A stretch of DNA of 54,354 nucleotides from an uncultured Collinsella sp. (GTDB taxonomy: Bacteria; Actinomycetota; Coriobacteriia; Coriobacteriales; Coriobacteriaceae). The notes under the pieces were generated by a model that was not told the origin of the DNA, made no database searches, and worked only from the letters and a program-made list of their open reading frames with translations. A program made the position numbers and the translations under genes. The stretch lies in assembly GCA_900549555.1 (NCBI GenBank), contig UROO01000001.1:1-54354 (forward strand), written 5' to 3'. Shown in pieces: positions 34,620-46,083 of the stretch (its first letter is position 1; the number at the start of each line of letters is the position of its first letter).

Positions 34620-35270
34620 ATGGGCGGCAAGCGCCTCGTGCGCATCGCCGCCGCCATCTCGCTGCTTGCTTTGCTCGCCGCCTTCGCCGACGTGGCGCTT
34701 ATAGCCTCTAACGTGCCGAAGGTGCCGAAGGAAGAGCCTTTGCCCGTCATCTACGACAAGCCGCTCGACAAGCCCGCCGAGGTGCCCGTCTACCTCCAAG
34801 CAGACGAGCGCTGGGGCGGGCTTTCGTATGCGGGCGAAGACTTGGCCGCTTCCGGCTGCGGCCTCACGTGCGCGGCCATGGCGTGGGAATGGCTCTACGG
34901 CCAGACGTGCACGCCGGCGCAGATGCTGGGATTCGTTGGCGAATCGTGCCTCACGGACGGCGTGAACGACATGGAAAAGTTCTGCCGTTGGATGAACGCG
35001 AACGACCAGGCTTTGGGCTACACGCCTATCCACGACAACGCCGACGACGCCTTGGACGAGGCGGCTGGCGGATGGATGGTGTTTTGCAGCCTGACTGGCC
35101 AGCTACGCGACGGCGGCAAGAGCTACGGCGGGCACATCGTCCTGCTCTGCGGATGGGACGGCGAGACGGCGACATTTCACGACCCCTACGAGGGCGTGGT
35201 GCGGCTGAGCCGCGAACAGTACGAACAAGTTGATTGGGCTTATTTCATAGCGATAGGGAGCGCTGAATAG
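34620..35270 (+). CDS. Signal/anchor-bearing C39-like cysteine peptidase
   Basis: YLQADERW...SGCGLTCAAM...GHIVLL...DP. Confidence 0.8.
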   Translation: MGGKRLVRIAAAISLLALLAAFADVALIASNVPKVPKEEPLPVIYDKPLDKPAEVPVYLQADERWGGLSYAGEDLAASGCGLTCAAMAWEWLYGQTCTPAQMLGFVGESCLTDGVNDMEKFCRWMNANDQALGYTPIHDNADDALDEAAGGWMVFCSLTGQLRDGGKSYGGHIVLLCGWDGETATFHDPYEGVVRLSREQYEQVDWAYFIAIGSAE

Positions 35271-35271
35271 A

Positions 35272-36300
35272 ATGAACGGAATCGACATCAGCAATTGGCA
35301 GAACGGCATCAACCTCGCGGCTGTCCCGTTCGACTTCGTTATCTGCAAGGCTACCGAGGGCACGCGCTACGTGTCGCCCGACTGCGACCGCCAAATCCAG
35401 CAGGCGATTGGCCTTGGCAAGCTTGTGGGCGTGTACCACTACGTCAACGGCGGCGATGCCGATGCGGAGGCCGAGTACTTCTACGAGCACTGCAAGGGCT
35501 ACGTCGGCAAGGCCGCGTTCTTCATCGACTGGGAGGATCAGGGCAACGAGGCGTGGGGCGACACGTCCTACCTCAAGGCCATGGCAGAGCGTTTGGCCGA
35601 GCTTCTGGGCTTTGGCATGGATCGCATCGGCATCTACGCATCCAAGAGCGTGTTCCCGTGGAACCTCACCGGCGCCAAGACGTGGGTGGCGCAGTACGCC
35701 GACATGAACGCCACGGGCTACCAGGACGCGCCTTGGAACGAGGGCGCTTACGACTGCGCCATCCGCCAGTACTCCTCGTGCGGGCGCCTGGACGGCTGGG
35801 CGGGCAACCTCGACATCAACAAGTGCTATATCTCCCGCGCGGAGTGGGAGGCCATGGCGGGTGGCTCCAACGGCGATCCCGACTCGCTTATCCACGGCAT
35901 CGACGAGACGCCTGCGGCAGACCTCGCGGCAAAGGTGCTCGCGGGCGAGTTCGGCGACGGCGACGACCGCAAGCACGCGCTGGGCAACCGCTACTCCGAG
36001 GTGCAGGCGCTCGTGAACCACATTCTCACGGCATCCGCCGAGGATCTGGCCGCTGAGACCTGGGCAGGCGATTACGGCAACGGCAGCCGCCGCAAGGCTG
36101 TTTTGGGGCCGCGCTACGACGAGGTTATGGCGGTCATCAACGGGCAGGCCGAAACCGAGCAGGTGTACGTGGCGCAGAGCGGCGACACCCTTTCCGGAAT
36201 CGCCTCAAAGTACGGCACGACCTATCAGGATCTCGCCGCCAAGAACGGCATCTCAAACCCGAATCTGATCTATCCCGGCATGCGCCTGGTTGTTTCCTAG
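35272..36300 (+). CDS. Endolysin: GH25 muramidase + two CW_7-like repeats + LysM
   Basis: GIDISNWQ, KATEG, IDWE, QYSS; GEFGDGDDRK..LG and GDYGNGSRRK..LG; GDTLSGIA...NPNLIYPG. Confidence 0.95.
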   Translation: MNGIDISNWQNGINLAAVPFDFVICKATEGTRYVSPDCDRQIQQAIGLGKLVGVYHYVNGGDADAEAEYFYEHCKGYVGKAAFFIDWEDQGNEAWGDTSYLKAMAERLAELLGFGMDRIGIYASKSVFPWNLTGAKTWVAQYADMNATGYQDAPWNEGAYDCAIRQYSSCGRLDGWAGNLDINKCYISRAEWEAMAGGSNGDPDSLIHGIDETPAADLAAKVLAGEFGDGDDRKHALGNRYSEVQALVNHILTASAEDLAAETWAGDYGNGSRRKAVLGPRYDEVMAVINGQAETEQVYVAQSGDTLSGIASKYGTTYQDLAAKNGISNPNLIYPGMRLVVS

Positions 36301-36374
36301 GCCGCTCGTGGTATCCTAACGAAGATAATCGTGCCGATTGCGCACACCTCGGTTCGAGGAGATGCGCAAACGGT

Positions 36375-36380
36375 GCACCA
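36375..36380 (+). other. Right attachment core (GCACCA)
   Basis: Just downstream of the endolysin; followed by a terminator hairpin at the same spacing as at the left end. Confidence 0.8.
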
Positions 36381-36392
36381 ACTTTAAAATGT

Positions 36393-36435
36393 GCGAACCC
36401 GTGCGAGTTACCATCGCACGGGTTCGTTCTTTTTT
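36393..36435 (+). terminator. Host-side terminator (follows the tRNA in the empty site)
   Basis: GCGAACCCGTGCGA/TCGCACGGGTTCGT stem then TCTTTTTT. Confidence 0.75.
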
Positions 36436-36604
36436 GACATTACATGAAGAAGACTCAATGCCCTTGCGCTAGCTAAACAGCTCGCAAACTTTTCGATCAG
36501 AGCAGGCTTTACTCAACATCTTGGTAGCCGCAGAGAGCATGACAGGACTTAGCCCACGCGCGAAACGCCCGCTCGGCTGCAAGTTCAAAGAAGGTTCAAG
36601 CGAC

Positions 36605-36640
36605 AAAAAAGAAGGGGCCTCGCACAGGCGAGACCCCTTC
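36605..36640 (-). terminator. glnA terminator
   Basis: GAAGGGGCCTCGC/GCGAGACCCCTTC stem next to an A-run on + strand. Confidence 0.75.
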
Positions 36641-36663
36641 GCACGCAAAATCAAACGTGTCTG

Positions 36664-38751
<2,088 letters not shown>

Positions 38752-38955
38752 ACGGAACTCCCTTCGTATCGGCACCGCGTGAGAAGCGGTGTTGATTACT
38801 AACGAACGAGTCATAGATTAGGCTCGTCGTGTTTCCGCAACATTACCGTTATGTTGCTGTCACGAAACCAATCAATGAGGTTACCGCATCGCGGCGGCGT
38901 TGCCGCCCTCAACAGCCAATCAACTGTATAAATTGCAGACCTCCCCCCATGGTTT

Positions 38956-39043
38956 AGGGTGGTCAATCTAGGATGGGGCTCTATTAACTGGTATTTCGCA
39001 TCAGATACCATTCAATATAGCCCCATCCTAGATTGACCGCCCT
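38956..39043. repeat. Long intergenic inverted repeat
   Basis: AGGGTGGTCAATCTAGGATGGGGCT...AGCCCCATCCTAGATTGACCGCCCT. Confidence 0.85.
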
Positions 39044-39176
39044 GCTATAGGGAATGCCGATAGTAGGGCATCTTTGATTGGTATCCCCAAATAGCGAGTG
39101 AAACTCCACCGTGACACAGCGGTGCTGTAGAATCCATACAACACATCACACTATTACGTATCTAGAGGAGCACGAT

Positions 39177-40049
39177 ATGCGCGTCGACGAGGTTTTTAAG
39201 CAGGCAGCATCCCAGGGAACCGCACCCGTTTCGTTTGAGATGTTCCCGCCCAAGGGCGAGCTTACCCTCGACACGGCTCGCGAGGTGGCTGGCAATCTGT
39301 GCAAGCTTTCGCCGAGCTTTGTCTCGGTCACCTGCTCGGCCGGCGGCTCGGGCAACGGTGCCACCACCGCCCCCATCGCGCATATGATTACGAGCGAATT
39401 CGATACCCCCTCGGTGGCACACCTTACCTGCGTGGGCCGCTCGCACGCCGATATCACCGCCAAGATCGACGAGTATCGCACCGCCGGCGTTGAAAACATC
39501 CTTGCCCTGCGTGGTGATCTTCCCGCTGGCGCGACCGAGGACGACAAACCCGCCTCCGACTACGCCTACGCCCGCGACCTCATCCCCGAGCTCGTCGACG
39601 CCGGCTTTTGTGTGGGCGCCGCAGCCTACCCCGAGGGCCACATTGCCTGTGAGGACCTCAACGCTTCGGTCGAATACCTCAAGCAAAAACAGGATGCCGG
39701 CGCGAGCTTCTTTGTGACGCAGCTCTTTTTTGATAACGAGTGCTTCTACCGTTTTCGCGAGCTTGCCGACAAGGCGGGCATCACCGTACCCATTACCGCG
39801 GGCATCATGCCGTTTATGGGCAAGTCGCAGATCAGCCGCATGGTCTTTATGTGCGGCGCGTCGCTGCCCTCCCCCGTCATCAAGATTCTCGCCAAGTACG
39901 AGAACGACCCCGAGAGTCTGCAGGCAGCCGGTGTAGATTATGCCGCCCGTCAGCTTTGCGACCTCAAGGAGCACGGCGCCGACGGTCTGCACCTGTACAC
40001 TATGAATCGTCCTGCGATCGCCGCAACCATTATGGAGCGCCTGGGGTAA
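39177..40049 (+). CDS. metF: Methylenetetrahydrofolate reductase
   Basis: SFEMFPPK, AHLTC, LALRGD, YPEGH, TQLFFD, HLYTMN. Confidence 0.95.
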   Translation: MRVDEVFKQAASQGTAPVSFEMFPPKGELTLDTAREVAGNLCKLSPSFVSVTCSAGGSGNGATTAPIAHMITSEFDTPSVAHLTCVGRSHADITAKIDEYRTAGVENILALRGDLPAGATEDDKPASDYAYARDLIPELVDAGFCVGAAAYPEGHIACEDLNASVEYLKQKQDAGASFFVTQLFFDNECFYRFRELADKAGITVPITAGIMPFMGKSQISRMVFMCGASLPSPVIKILAKYENDPESLQAAGVDYAARQLCDLKEHGADGLHLYTMNRPAIAATIMERLG

Positions 40050-40837
40050 TGGAAAAACCGCACATCGATACAGCCGCTGTCGAAGTGCCGGCCGACCTTG
40101 CGTCGCCGGCGCTTTATCGTATCGATGCCGCCCACCATCCCCGCGTCGATCGCGCCGAAATGTTGCGCTATCTGGGCTACGGCGGTCAGCAGATTGAACC
40201 CGAGTTGTCGCAGCGTATTGAGCTTGTCGTTGAACGTCTGGAACTGGACATTGAGCCCCGTGGCGTGCGCCGCGTGTTCGCCGTCGATGCCACAGGCGTC
40301 GATGAGCAGGGAGAGCCTTGTATTCGCTTGGTCGGCACCAACGTTGAGCTGCGCGGTCGCGACATCTATCGCCATCTCAAAGACGCCCGCTTTGCCGCGC
40401 TCATGGCATGCACCCTCGGCATGGACGCCGAGCGTCGTCTGCGCACCACGGGAGCCCAGCAGCCCCTGGAGGGAGCCGTGCTCGACGCCGCATGCTCTGC
40501 CTATGTAGAAGCCGCCGTCGAGCAGATGGACCAGCAGGTCAAGGCTGCGGCCGCCGCACACGGACTCGCCGGCAACTGGCGCTTTAGTCCCGGCTACGGC
40601 GACTGCCCGCTCTCGGCCCAGCGCTCGATCGTCAATGCGCTCAACGCCACGCGGCTCATCGGGCTTACCGTCACGCCCACCAGCCTGCTCATGCCCACCA
40701 AAAGCGTGACCGCGGTGATCGGTCTGTTTGACGGCGAGGTCCACGACGCCCAGAGCCGCCCTACCTGCAATATCTGCCGCATGCGCGAGAACTGCCGCTT
40801 CCGTGCCGCCCACACCACCTGCTATTCCAGCCATTAG
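40049..40837 (+). CDS. Stand-alone B12 methionine synthase activation domain
   Basis: LRYLGY, RFSPGYGD, PTKSVTAVIG. Confidence 0.88.
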   Translation: MEKPHIDTAAVEVPADLASPALYRIDAAHHPRVDRAEMLRYLGYGGQQIEPELSQRIELVVERLELDIEPRGVRRVFAVDATGVDEQGEPCIRLVGTNVELRGRDIYRHLKDARFAALMACTLGMDAERRLRTTGAQQPLEGAVLDAACSAYVEAAVEQMDQQVKAAAAAHGLAGNWRFSPGYGDCPLSAQRSIVNALNATRLIGLTVTPTSLLMPTKSVTAVIGLFDGEVHDAQSRPTCNICRMRENCRFRAAHTTCYSSH

Positions 40838-40847
40838 GAGCTCATTG

Positions 40848-43406
40848 ATGTTTACTCCGCTTATCACTCATGATCTGGATGGTGCCGCGCTGGCGGCGCC
40901 CGTTGATGCCGCACGCCGCGATGGCGCTGCATACAAGACGCGCACGATCGGCGACCTTCGCATTAAGGACGATCGCCTGCGCGCCGCCATCGAGGGCACG
41001 GGGCACCTGCTGTTCGACGGCGGCATGGGCACCATGCTGCAAGCGGCCGGCATGAAAGCCGGCGCCCTGCCCGAGCTGCTCAACTTTGAGGAGCCCCAGG
41101 TCATTACCGATATTCAGCGTCAGTACGTCGAGGCCGGCTGCGACGTGATCACCGCCAACACCTTTGGCGCCAACGCCCACAAGCTCGACGGCGCCGCCAC
41201 CGTGGCAGACGTCTTTGCCGCGGCAGTCACCTGCGCCCGCGAGGCCGGCGCCCGCTACGTCGCCGGCGACATCGGCCCCATCGGCGCCCTGCTGCGTCCC
41301 CTGGGCACCCTCAGCTTTGACGAGGCCTACGACCTCTTTGCCGAGGAGGTGCGCGCCGGCGTCGATGCGGGTGTGGACCTCTTTATTATCGAGACCATGA
41401 CCGACCTTGCCGAGATCAAGGCCGCCGTCCTCGCCTGCCGCGAGAACTCCGACCTGCCCGTCTTTGCCACCATGACCTTTGAGGAAGACGGTCGCACCTT
41501 CTTGGGCACGAGCCCCGAGGTCGCCGCCATCACCCTCGACGCCATCGGCGCCGACGTCCTGGGCATCAACTGCAGCCAGGGACCGGCCGAGCTCCGAGGA
41601 CTCGCCGCGCGTATGCTCACCGTCACCGACAAGCCCGTTATGGTGCAGGCCAATGCGGGACTGCCCCACGTGGACGATGACGGCAATACCGTCTTTGATA
41701 TCCAGGCACCCGAGTACGCCGAGGCCGTCGCCGGCATGATCGCCGACGGCGTGAGCGTCGTGGGCGGCTGCTGCGGAACCACACCGGCGCACATGGCGGC
41801 CTTGCGCACGCTTATCGACAACCACACGCCCAGCCCGCGTCACCGCAAACCCAGCATGTCGGTCACGAGCGCCCAGACGGTCGTGGACCTTCCCTGTGAC
41901 GGCCACAAGATTGCCGTCATCGGCGAGCGCATCAACCCCACCGGCAAAAAGCGCCTGCAGCAGGCCCTGCGCGACGGCGACCTGGACTACGTCGTGAGCC
42001 AGGGCATCAGCCAGCAGGAACAGGGCGCCGACATCCTGGACGTTAACGTGGGCCTGCCCGAGATCGACGAGGTCAAGATCATCCAACAGGCGACCGAGCA
42101 GCTCCAGGGCTCCACGCTGCTGCCGCTGCAGATCGACTCCACCGACCCCGCGGCCGTCGAGGCAGCCGTGCGCCGCTACGCCGGCAAGCCCATCATCAAC
42201 TCGGTCAATGGCAAACAGCAGATCATGGATGAGATCTTTCCGCTGGTCGCCCACTACGGCACCAACGTCGTCGGTCTCACGCTCGACGAAGGCGGCATTC
42301 CCGATACCGCCGAGGCTCGCTTCGCCATCGCCGAGCGCATCGTGGCCGAGGCTGCGCGCTACGGTATCGGACCGGACCGCATCCTTATCGACTGCCTGGT
42401 CATGACCGCCTCGACCAATCAACGCCAGGCTGAGCAAATTCTGCGCGCCATGTCCCTGTGCAAGGAGCGTCTGGGCGTCAAATGCGCGCTCGGCGTGTCG
42501 AACATCAGCTTTGGCCTGCCTGCCCGCCCGCTGCTGGGCTCGGTCTTTTTGGCCGCCGCCTTTGGCGCAGGTCTCGATGCCCCCATCATGAACCCGGGCT
42601 CCAAGCGCTTTATGGATACCGTCTACAGCTATCGCGTCTTGAGCGTTGAAGACGAGGGTTCGACCGGATACATCGAGCGCTACGCCGGCTGGACCGATCC
42701 GTACAAGATTGCCGCGAACCCGGCGGCGGCCCAGGCGGTATCGACCGACGCTGCGCCCGCTGCTGGCACCGCCGGCACCGACGGCAACGACGACCCGATT
42801 CGCCACATGGTCGTCTCGGGCCGCAAAGGTGAGATCGCGGCCGAGACCGAGCGTCTGCTGGCAGGCCACGACGCCATGGACCTCATCAACAACCACTTTA
42901 TCCCCGCCCTCGACGAGGTTGGCGTCCTCTTTGACCAGGGCAAGTTCTTCTTGCCGCAGCTTATGGCCTCGGCCGAGGCCGCGCGCGTGGGCTTTGACAC
43001 CATCAAGCGCCTGATGCCTGCCGGCGAGATTGCCGACAAGGGCAAAATCTGCGTGGCCACCGTCAAGGGCGACATCCACGACATCGGTAAGAACATCGTC
43101 AAGATGCTGCTCGATAACTACGGCTACACCGTCTTTGATCTGGGTCGCGACGTCGACCCGCAGGAGGTGCTCAAGACCGTGCGGGAGCGTGACATCAAGC
43201 TCGTCGGTCTTTCGGCGCTTATGACTACCACGGTCGTCGCCATGGAGGAGACCATCAAGCTGCTCCATGCCGAGGTGCCGGGCGTCAAGATCATCGTAGG
43301 CGGCGCCGTACTCACCCCCGAATACGCCAAGCAGATCGGCGCGGACTACTACGCCAAGGATGCCGCCGAAAGCGCGCGCATCGCCGAAGAGGTCTTTGGA
43401 CAGTAA
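40848..43406 (+). CDS. metH: B12-dependent methionine synthase (Hcy, pterin and B12 domains)
   Basis: DGGMGTMLQ, GGCCGTTP, IGERINPTG, GDIHDIGKNIV, SALMTTT. Confidence 0.93.
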   Translation: MFTPLITHDLDGAALAAPVDAARRDGAAYKTRTIGDLRIKDDRLRAAIEGTGHLLFDGGMGTMLQAAGMKAGALPELLNFEEPQVITDIQRQYVEAGCDVITANTFGANAHKLDGAATVADVFAAAVTCAREAGARYVAGDIGPIGALLRPLGTLSFDEAYDLFAEEVRAGVDAGVDLFIIETMTDLAEIKAAVLACRENSDLPVFATMTFEEDGRTFLGTSPEVAAITLDAIGADVLGINCSQGPAELRGLAARMLTVTDKPVMVQANAGLPHVDDDGNTVFDIQAPEYAEAVAGMIADGVSVVGGCCGTTPAHMAALRTLIDNHTPSPRHRKPSMSVTSAQTVVDLPCDGHKIAVIGERINPTGKKRLQQALRDGDLDYVVSQGISQQEQGADILDVNVGLPEIDEVKIIQQATEQLQGSTLLPLQIDSTDPAAVEAAVRRYAGKPIINSVNGKQQIMDEIFPLVAHYGTNVVGLTLDEGGIPDTAEARFAIAERIVAEAARYGIGPDRILIDCLVMTASTNQRQAEQILRAMSLCKERLGVKCALGVSNISFGLPARPLLGSVFLAAAFGAGLDAPIMNPGSKRFMDTVYSYRVLSVEDEGSTGYIERYAGWTDPYKIAANPAAAQAVSTDAAPAAGTAGTDGNDDPIRHMVVSGRKGEIAAETERLLAGHDAMDLINNHFIPALDEVGVLFDQGKFFLPQLMASAEAARVGFDTIKRLMPAGEIADKGKICVATVKGDIHDIGKNIVKMLLDNYGYTVFDLGRDVDPQEVLKTVRERDIKLVGLSALMTTTVVAMEETIKLLHAEVPGVKIIVGGAVLTPEYAKQIGADYYAKDAAESARIAEEVFGQ

Positions 43407-43431
43407 CACAACGGAAACAACCGAGCACCAA

Positions 43432-43469
43432 AACGTGCCGCATGCGCCACTTGGCACGTGCGGCACGTT
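43432..43469. terminator. Hairpin after metH
   Basis: AACGTGCCGCATGCGCCA/TGGCACGTGCGGCACGTT. Confidence 0.55.
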
Positions 43470-43514
43470 AAAATAGATAAGACTATGCTCGTTTTGGCAG
43501 ATAGGAGCGCAAGG

Positions 43515-44879
43515 ATGGCGATCACGCCCGCAGAAATCGCGGAAACCCGCGGCATGGTTGAGGAACAGAACCTCGACATCAGGACCATCACCATGGGCAT
43601 TTCGCTCATGGGTTGCGGCGACGAGAACCTCGACCGCATGTGCACGAAGATCTACGACCACGTGACGCACACGGCTGAGCACTTGGTCGAGACCGCCGAG
43701 AATCTCGAGCGCGAGTACGGTATCCCCATTGTCAACAAGCGCGTTTCCGTCACCCCGGTGGCGCAGATCGCCGCATGCTGCAAGGATGAGGACCTCACCC
43801 CCATCGCGCACGCCCTCGACCGCGCGGCCGAGACGCTCGGCATCGATTACCTGGGCGGCTTCTCCGCACTCGTCCAGAAGGGCATCGGCGACGCCGACCG
43901 CCGCGTCATCCAGTCCATCCCCCAGGCGCTCGCCACCACGAGCTGCGTCTGCTCCAGTGTCAACGTCGCCAGCCTGCGCGCCGGTATCAACATGGACGCC
44001 GTACTTATGGCCGCCCAGACCATCATCGATGCCGCCAAACTCACGGCCGACCAGGATTCCGTCGGTGCTTCCAAGTTTGTCTGCTTTGCCAACATGGTCG
44101 AGGACTCCCCGTTTATGGCGGGCGCCGTCCACGGCGGTGGCGAGGCCGACGCCGTCATCAACGTAGGCGTCTCGGGCCCCGGCGTTATGGCCGCAGCCCT
44201 GGAGACACTGCCCGATTCCGCATCGATGATGGAAGTCGCCGAAAAGATTAAGCAGACTGCCTTTAAGATCACCCGCGCCGGCGAGCTCATGAGCCGCGAG
44301 GCCGCCCATCGCCTGGGCGTCGAGAAGGGCATTGTCGACCTGTCGCTGGCTCCCACGCCTGCCATCGGCGACTCCGTCGCGCGCATCCTCGAGATCATCG
44401 GCGTGGGCACCTGCGGTGGCCCGGGCACGACCTGCGCGCTCGCCATGCTCAACGATGCCGTCAAAAAGGGCGGCGTCATGGCCAGCTCCAGCGTGGGCGG
44501 TCTCTCCGGCGCCTTTATCCCCGTGTCCGAGGATGCCGGCATGATCGCCGCCGTCGAGGCCGGTGCGCTTTCGCTCGAGAAGCTCGAGGCCATGACCTGC
44601 GTGTGCTCCGTCGGCCTGGACATGATCGCCATCCCCGGCGACACCCCGGTCGAGACCATCGCCGGCATCATCGCCGACGAGATGGCCATCGGCGTCATCA
44701 ACAACAAGACCACGGCCGTCCGCGTGATTCCCGCCATCGGCAAGGGCGTGGGCGACTGCGTCGAGTACGGCGGCCTGTTTGGCCGTGCACCCATCATGCC
44801 GGTGAACCCCAACGCCGGCACCGTGCTCGCCCACCGTGGCGGACGCTTCCCGGCGCCGCTGAACTCGCTCAAGAACTAG
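43515..44879 (+). CDS. UPF0210/DUF711 (PFL-like) family protein
   Basis: [33 protein letters not shown]. Confidence 0.92.
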   Translation: MAITPAEIAETRGMVEEQNLDIRTITMGISLMGCGDENLDRMCTKIYDHVTHTAEHLVETAENLEREYGIPIVNKRVSVTPVAQIAACCKDEDLTPIAHALDRAAETLGIDYLGGFSALVQKGIGDADRRVIQSIPQALATTSCVCSSVNVASLRAGINMDAVLMAAQTIIDAAKLTADQDSVGASKFVCFANMVEDSPFMAGAVHGGGEADAVINVGVSGPGVMAAALETLPDSASMMEVAEKIKQTAFKITRAGELMSREAAHRLGVEKGIVDLSLAPTPAIGDSVARILEIIGVGTCGGPGTTCALAMLNDAVKKGGVMASSSVGGLSGAFIPVSEDAGMIAAVEAGALSLEKLEAMTCVCSVGLDMIAIPGDTPVETIAGIIADEMAIGVINNKTTAVRVIPAIGKGVGDCVEYGGLFGRAPIMPVNPNAGTVLAHRGGRFPAPLNSLKN

Positions 44880-44896
44880 CTGAGGGGGACTGGCGA

Positions 44897-45030
44897 GGAG
44901 CCCCGGGGAGGGCAAATATATAAGGTCGCCTGCTCGGACAGTCCTGACTCGCACGGAGAGCACATTAAGTGCTCTCCGGCTCGTGCGGAACTCGCGATCG
45001 ACCTTATATATTTGCCCTCCCCGGGGCTCC
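44897..45030. repeat. Palindromic MITE/REP-like element with perfect 32-bp terminal inverted repeats
   Basis: 44897-44928 is the exact reverse complement of 44999-45030; internal hairpin CGGAGAGCAC/GTGCTCTCCG. Confidence 0.88.
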
Positions 45031-45195
45031 CGCACAACGGGACCTCGATTGAGTTCTATCCCGGTTGCAGTCGCTTCGCTCCTGCACCACATGGTCGATA
45101 CGGCGGTTTGGCGTTGGATCGGTTCTTTCTGATATATGCTGGTTGCGGCTCTTCTTTTGGGAGGAGTCGCTTTTTTGTTGCTAGGAGGTTGGCCC

Positions 45196-46083
45196 GTGGT
45201 TGATGGGGATGCTCGCTCTGAGCTTCTTTCTGCTGATTGGAATGGCGAATGGATGCGCTTGCAAGCTGATCGGCATCGGGCTGATGATCCTTTTGAGTGG
45301 GATAAGCGGGCTCGGCATTTTCGGCCATTGGAGACTGCCCCGTATGCTCGGGATTTTATAAAACTGCTAGCGCTTGAGCCTGGTGAGTCGGTGCTCGATA
45401 TGGGGTGTGGGGCTGGGTCGATTGCTATTCCGCTTGCTCAGGCTGGGCATCCTGTGATTGCAGCCGACTTCTCCCCCGCTATGTTGGGCACCCTTGATGC
45501 CGGCGTTGAGTATTACGGGCTCGAGGATCTTATTACACCGCTTGAGCTTGCTTGGGATGACGATTGGGATCTGGTTGGGCCGGTTGCCAAGGCTGTTGAT
45601 GTTGCCTTTGCCAGTCGGTCGGTTACGACGACCAATCTAAAAGGTGCGCTTGCCAAGCTTGATCGTACGGCTCGTCGGCGTTGTGCTGTCACAATGGTCG
45701 CCAACTCCAGCCCGCGCTATGACCTGCACCTGATGAACGCCATCGGCGCCTCGGTTACCCGCAGCAACGGATTTGTATATGCCTTTAACATCCTTATTCA
45801 GATGGGGGCGCTGCCGCAGGTCACGTATTTTGAATCGCCTCGGCGCGACACCTTCGATAGTCTCGAGGCGGGCGTGGCGGACTTTTCTCGCATGCTCGAG
45901 CATGGCAACGAGGATAAGATTGACCGCCTGCGCGACTATATCGCCCACCACATGATCGAGAACCCCCATGCCGGCGAGCCGGGATTCAAGGGCGTACCGC
46001 AGGGACGCTACATGCTCGACCACGTCCGCAAGGTCCATTGGGCGTTTATTGCATGGGAGCCGGTCTCTGCGCTCCGCCCGTAG
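45196..46083 (+). CDS. Class I SAM-dependent methyltransferase
   Basis: VLDMGCGAG, ADFSPAML; AGGAGG RBS before GTG at 45196. Confidence 0.88.
   Translation: MVDGDARSELLSADWNGEWMRLQADRHRADDPFEWDKRARHFRPLETAPYARDFIKLLALEPGESVLDMGCGAGSIAIPLAQAGHPVIAADFSPAMLGTLDAGVEYYGLEDLITPLELAWDDDWDLVGPVAKAVDVAFASRSVTTTNLKGALAKLDRTARRRCAVTMVANSSPRYDLHLMNAIGASVTRSNGFVYAFNILIQMGALPQVTYFESPRRDTFDSLEAGVADFSRMLEHGNEDKIDRLRDYIAHHMIENPHAGEPGFKGVPQGRYMLDHVRKVHWAFIAWEPVSALRP

Larger units (their letters stand above)
202..36380. mobile_element. Apparently complete temperate siphovirus-like prophage (~36.2 kb) carrying a DGR
   Basis: Ordered integrase-repressor-replication-packaging-head-tail-lysis modules; bounded by GCACCA at 202-207 and 36375-36380; housekeeping genes resume afterwards. 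Confidence 0.95.

Noticed and set aside
39044..39176. SAM riboswitch before metF
   Set aside because: No SAM-I, SAM-III or SAM-VI consensus recognised
40049..43406. Split methionine synthase
   Set aside because: A separate activation domain is a common arrangement in anaerobes
40842..45092. 1416-aa minus-strand ORF and other long antisense ORFs (e.g. 36778-38802, 6423-7925, 31996-33264)
   Set aside because: Shadow frames of real high-GC genes; no recognisable motifs
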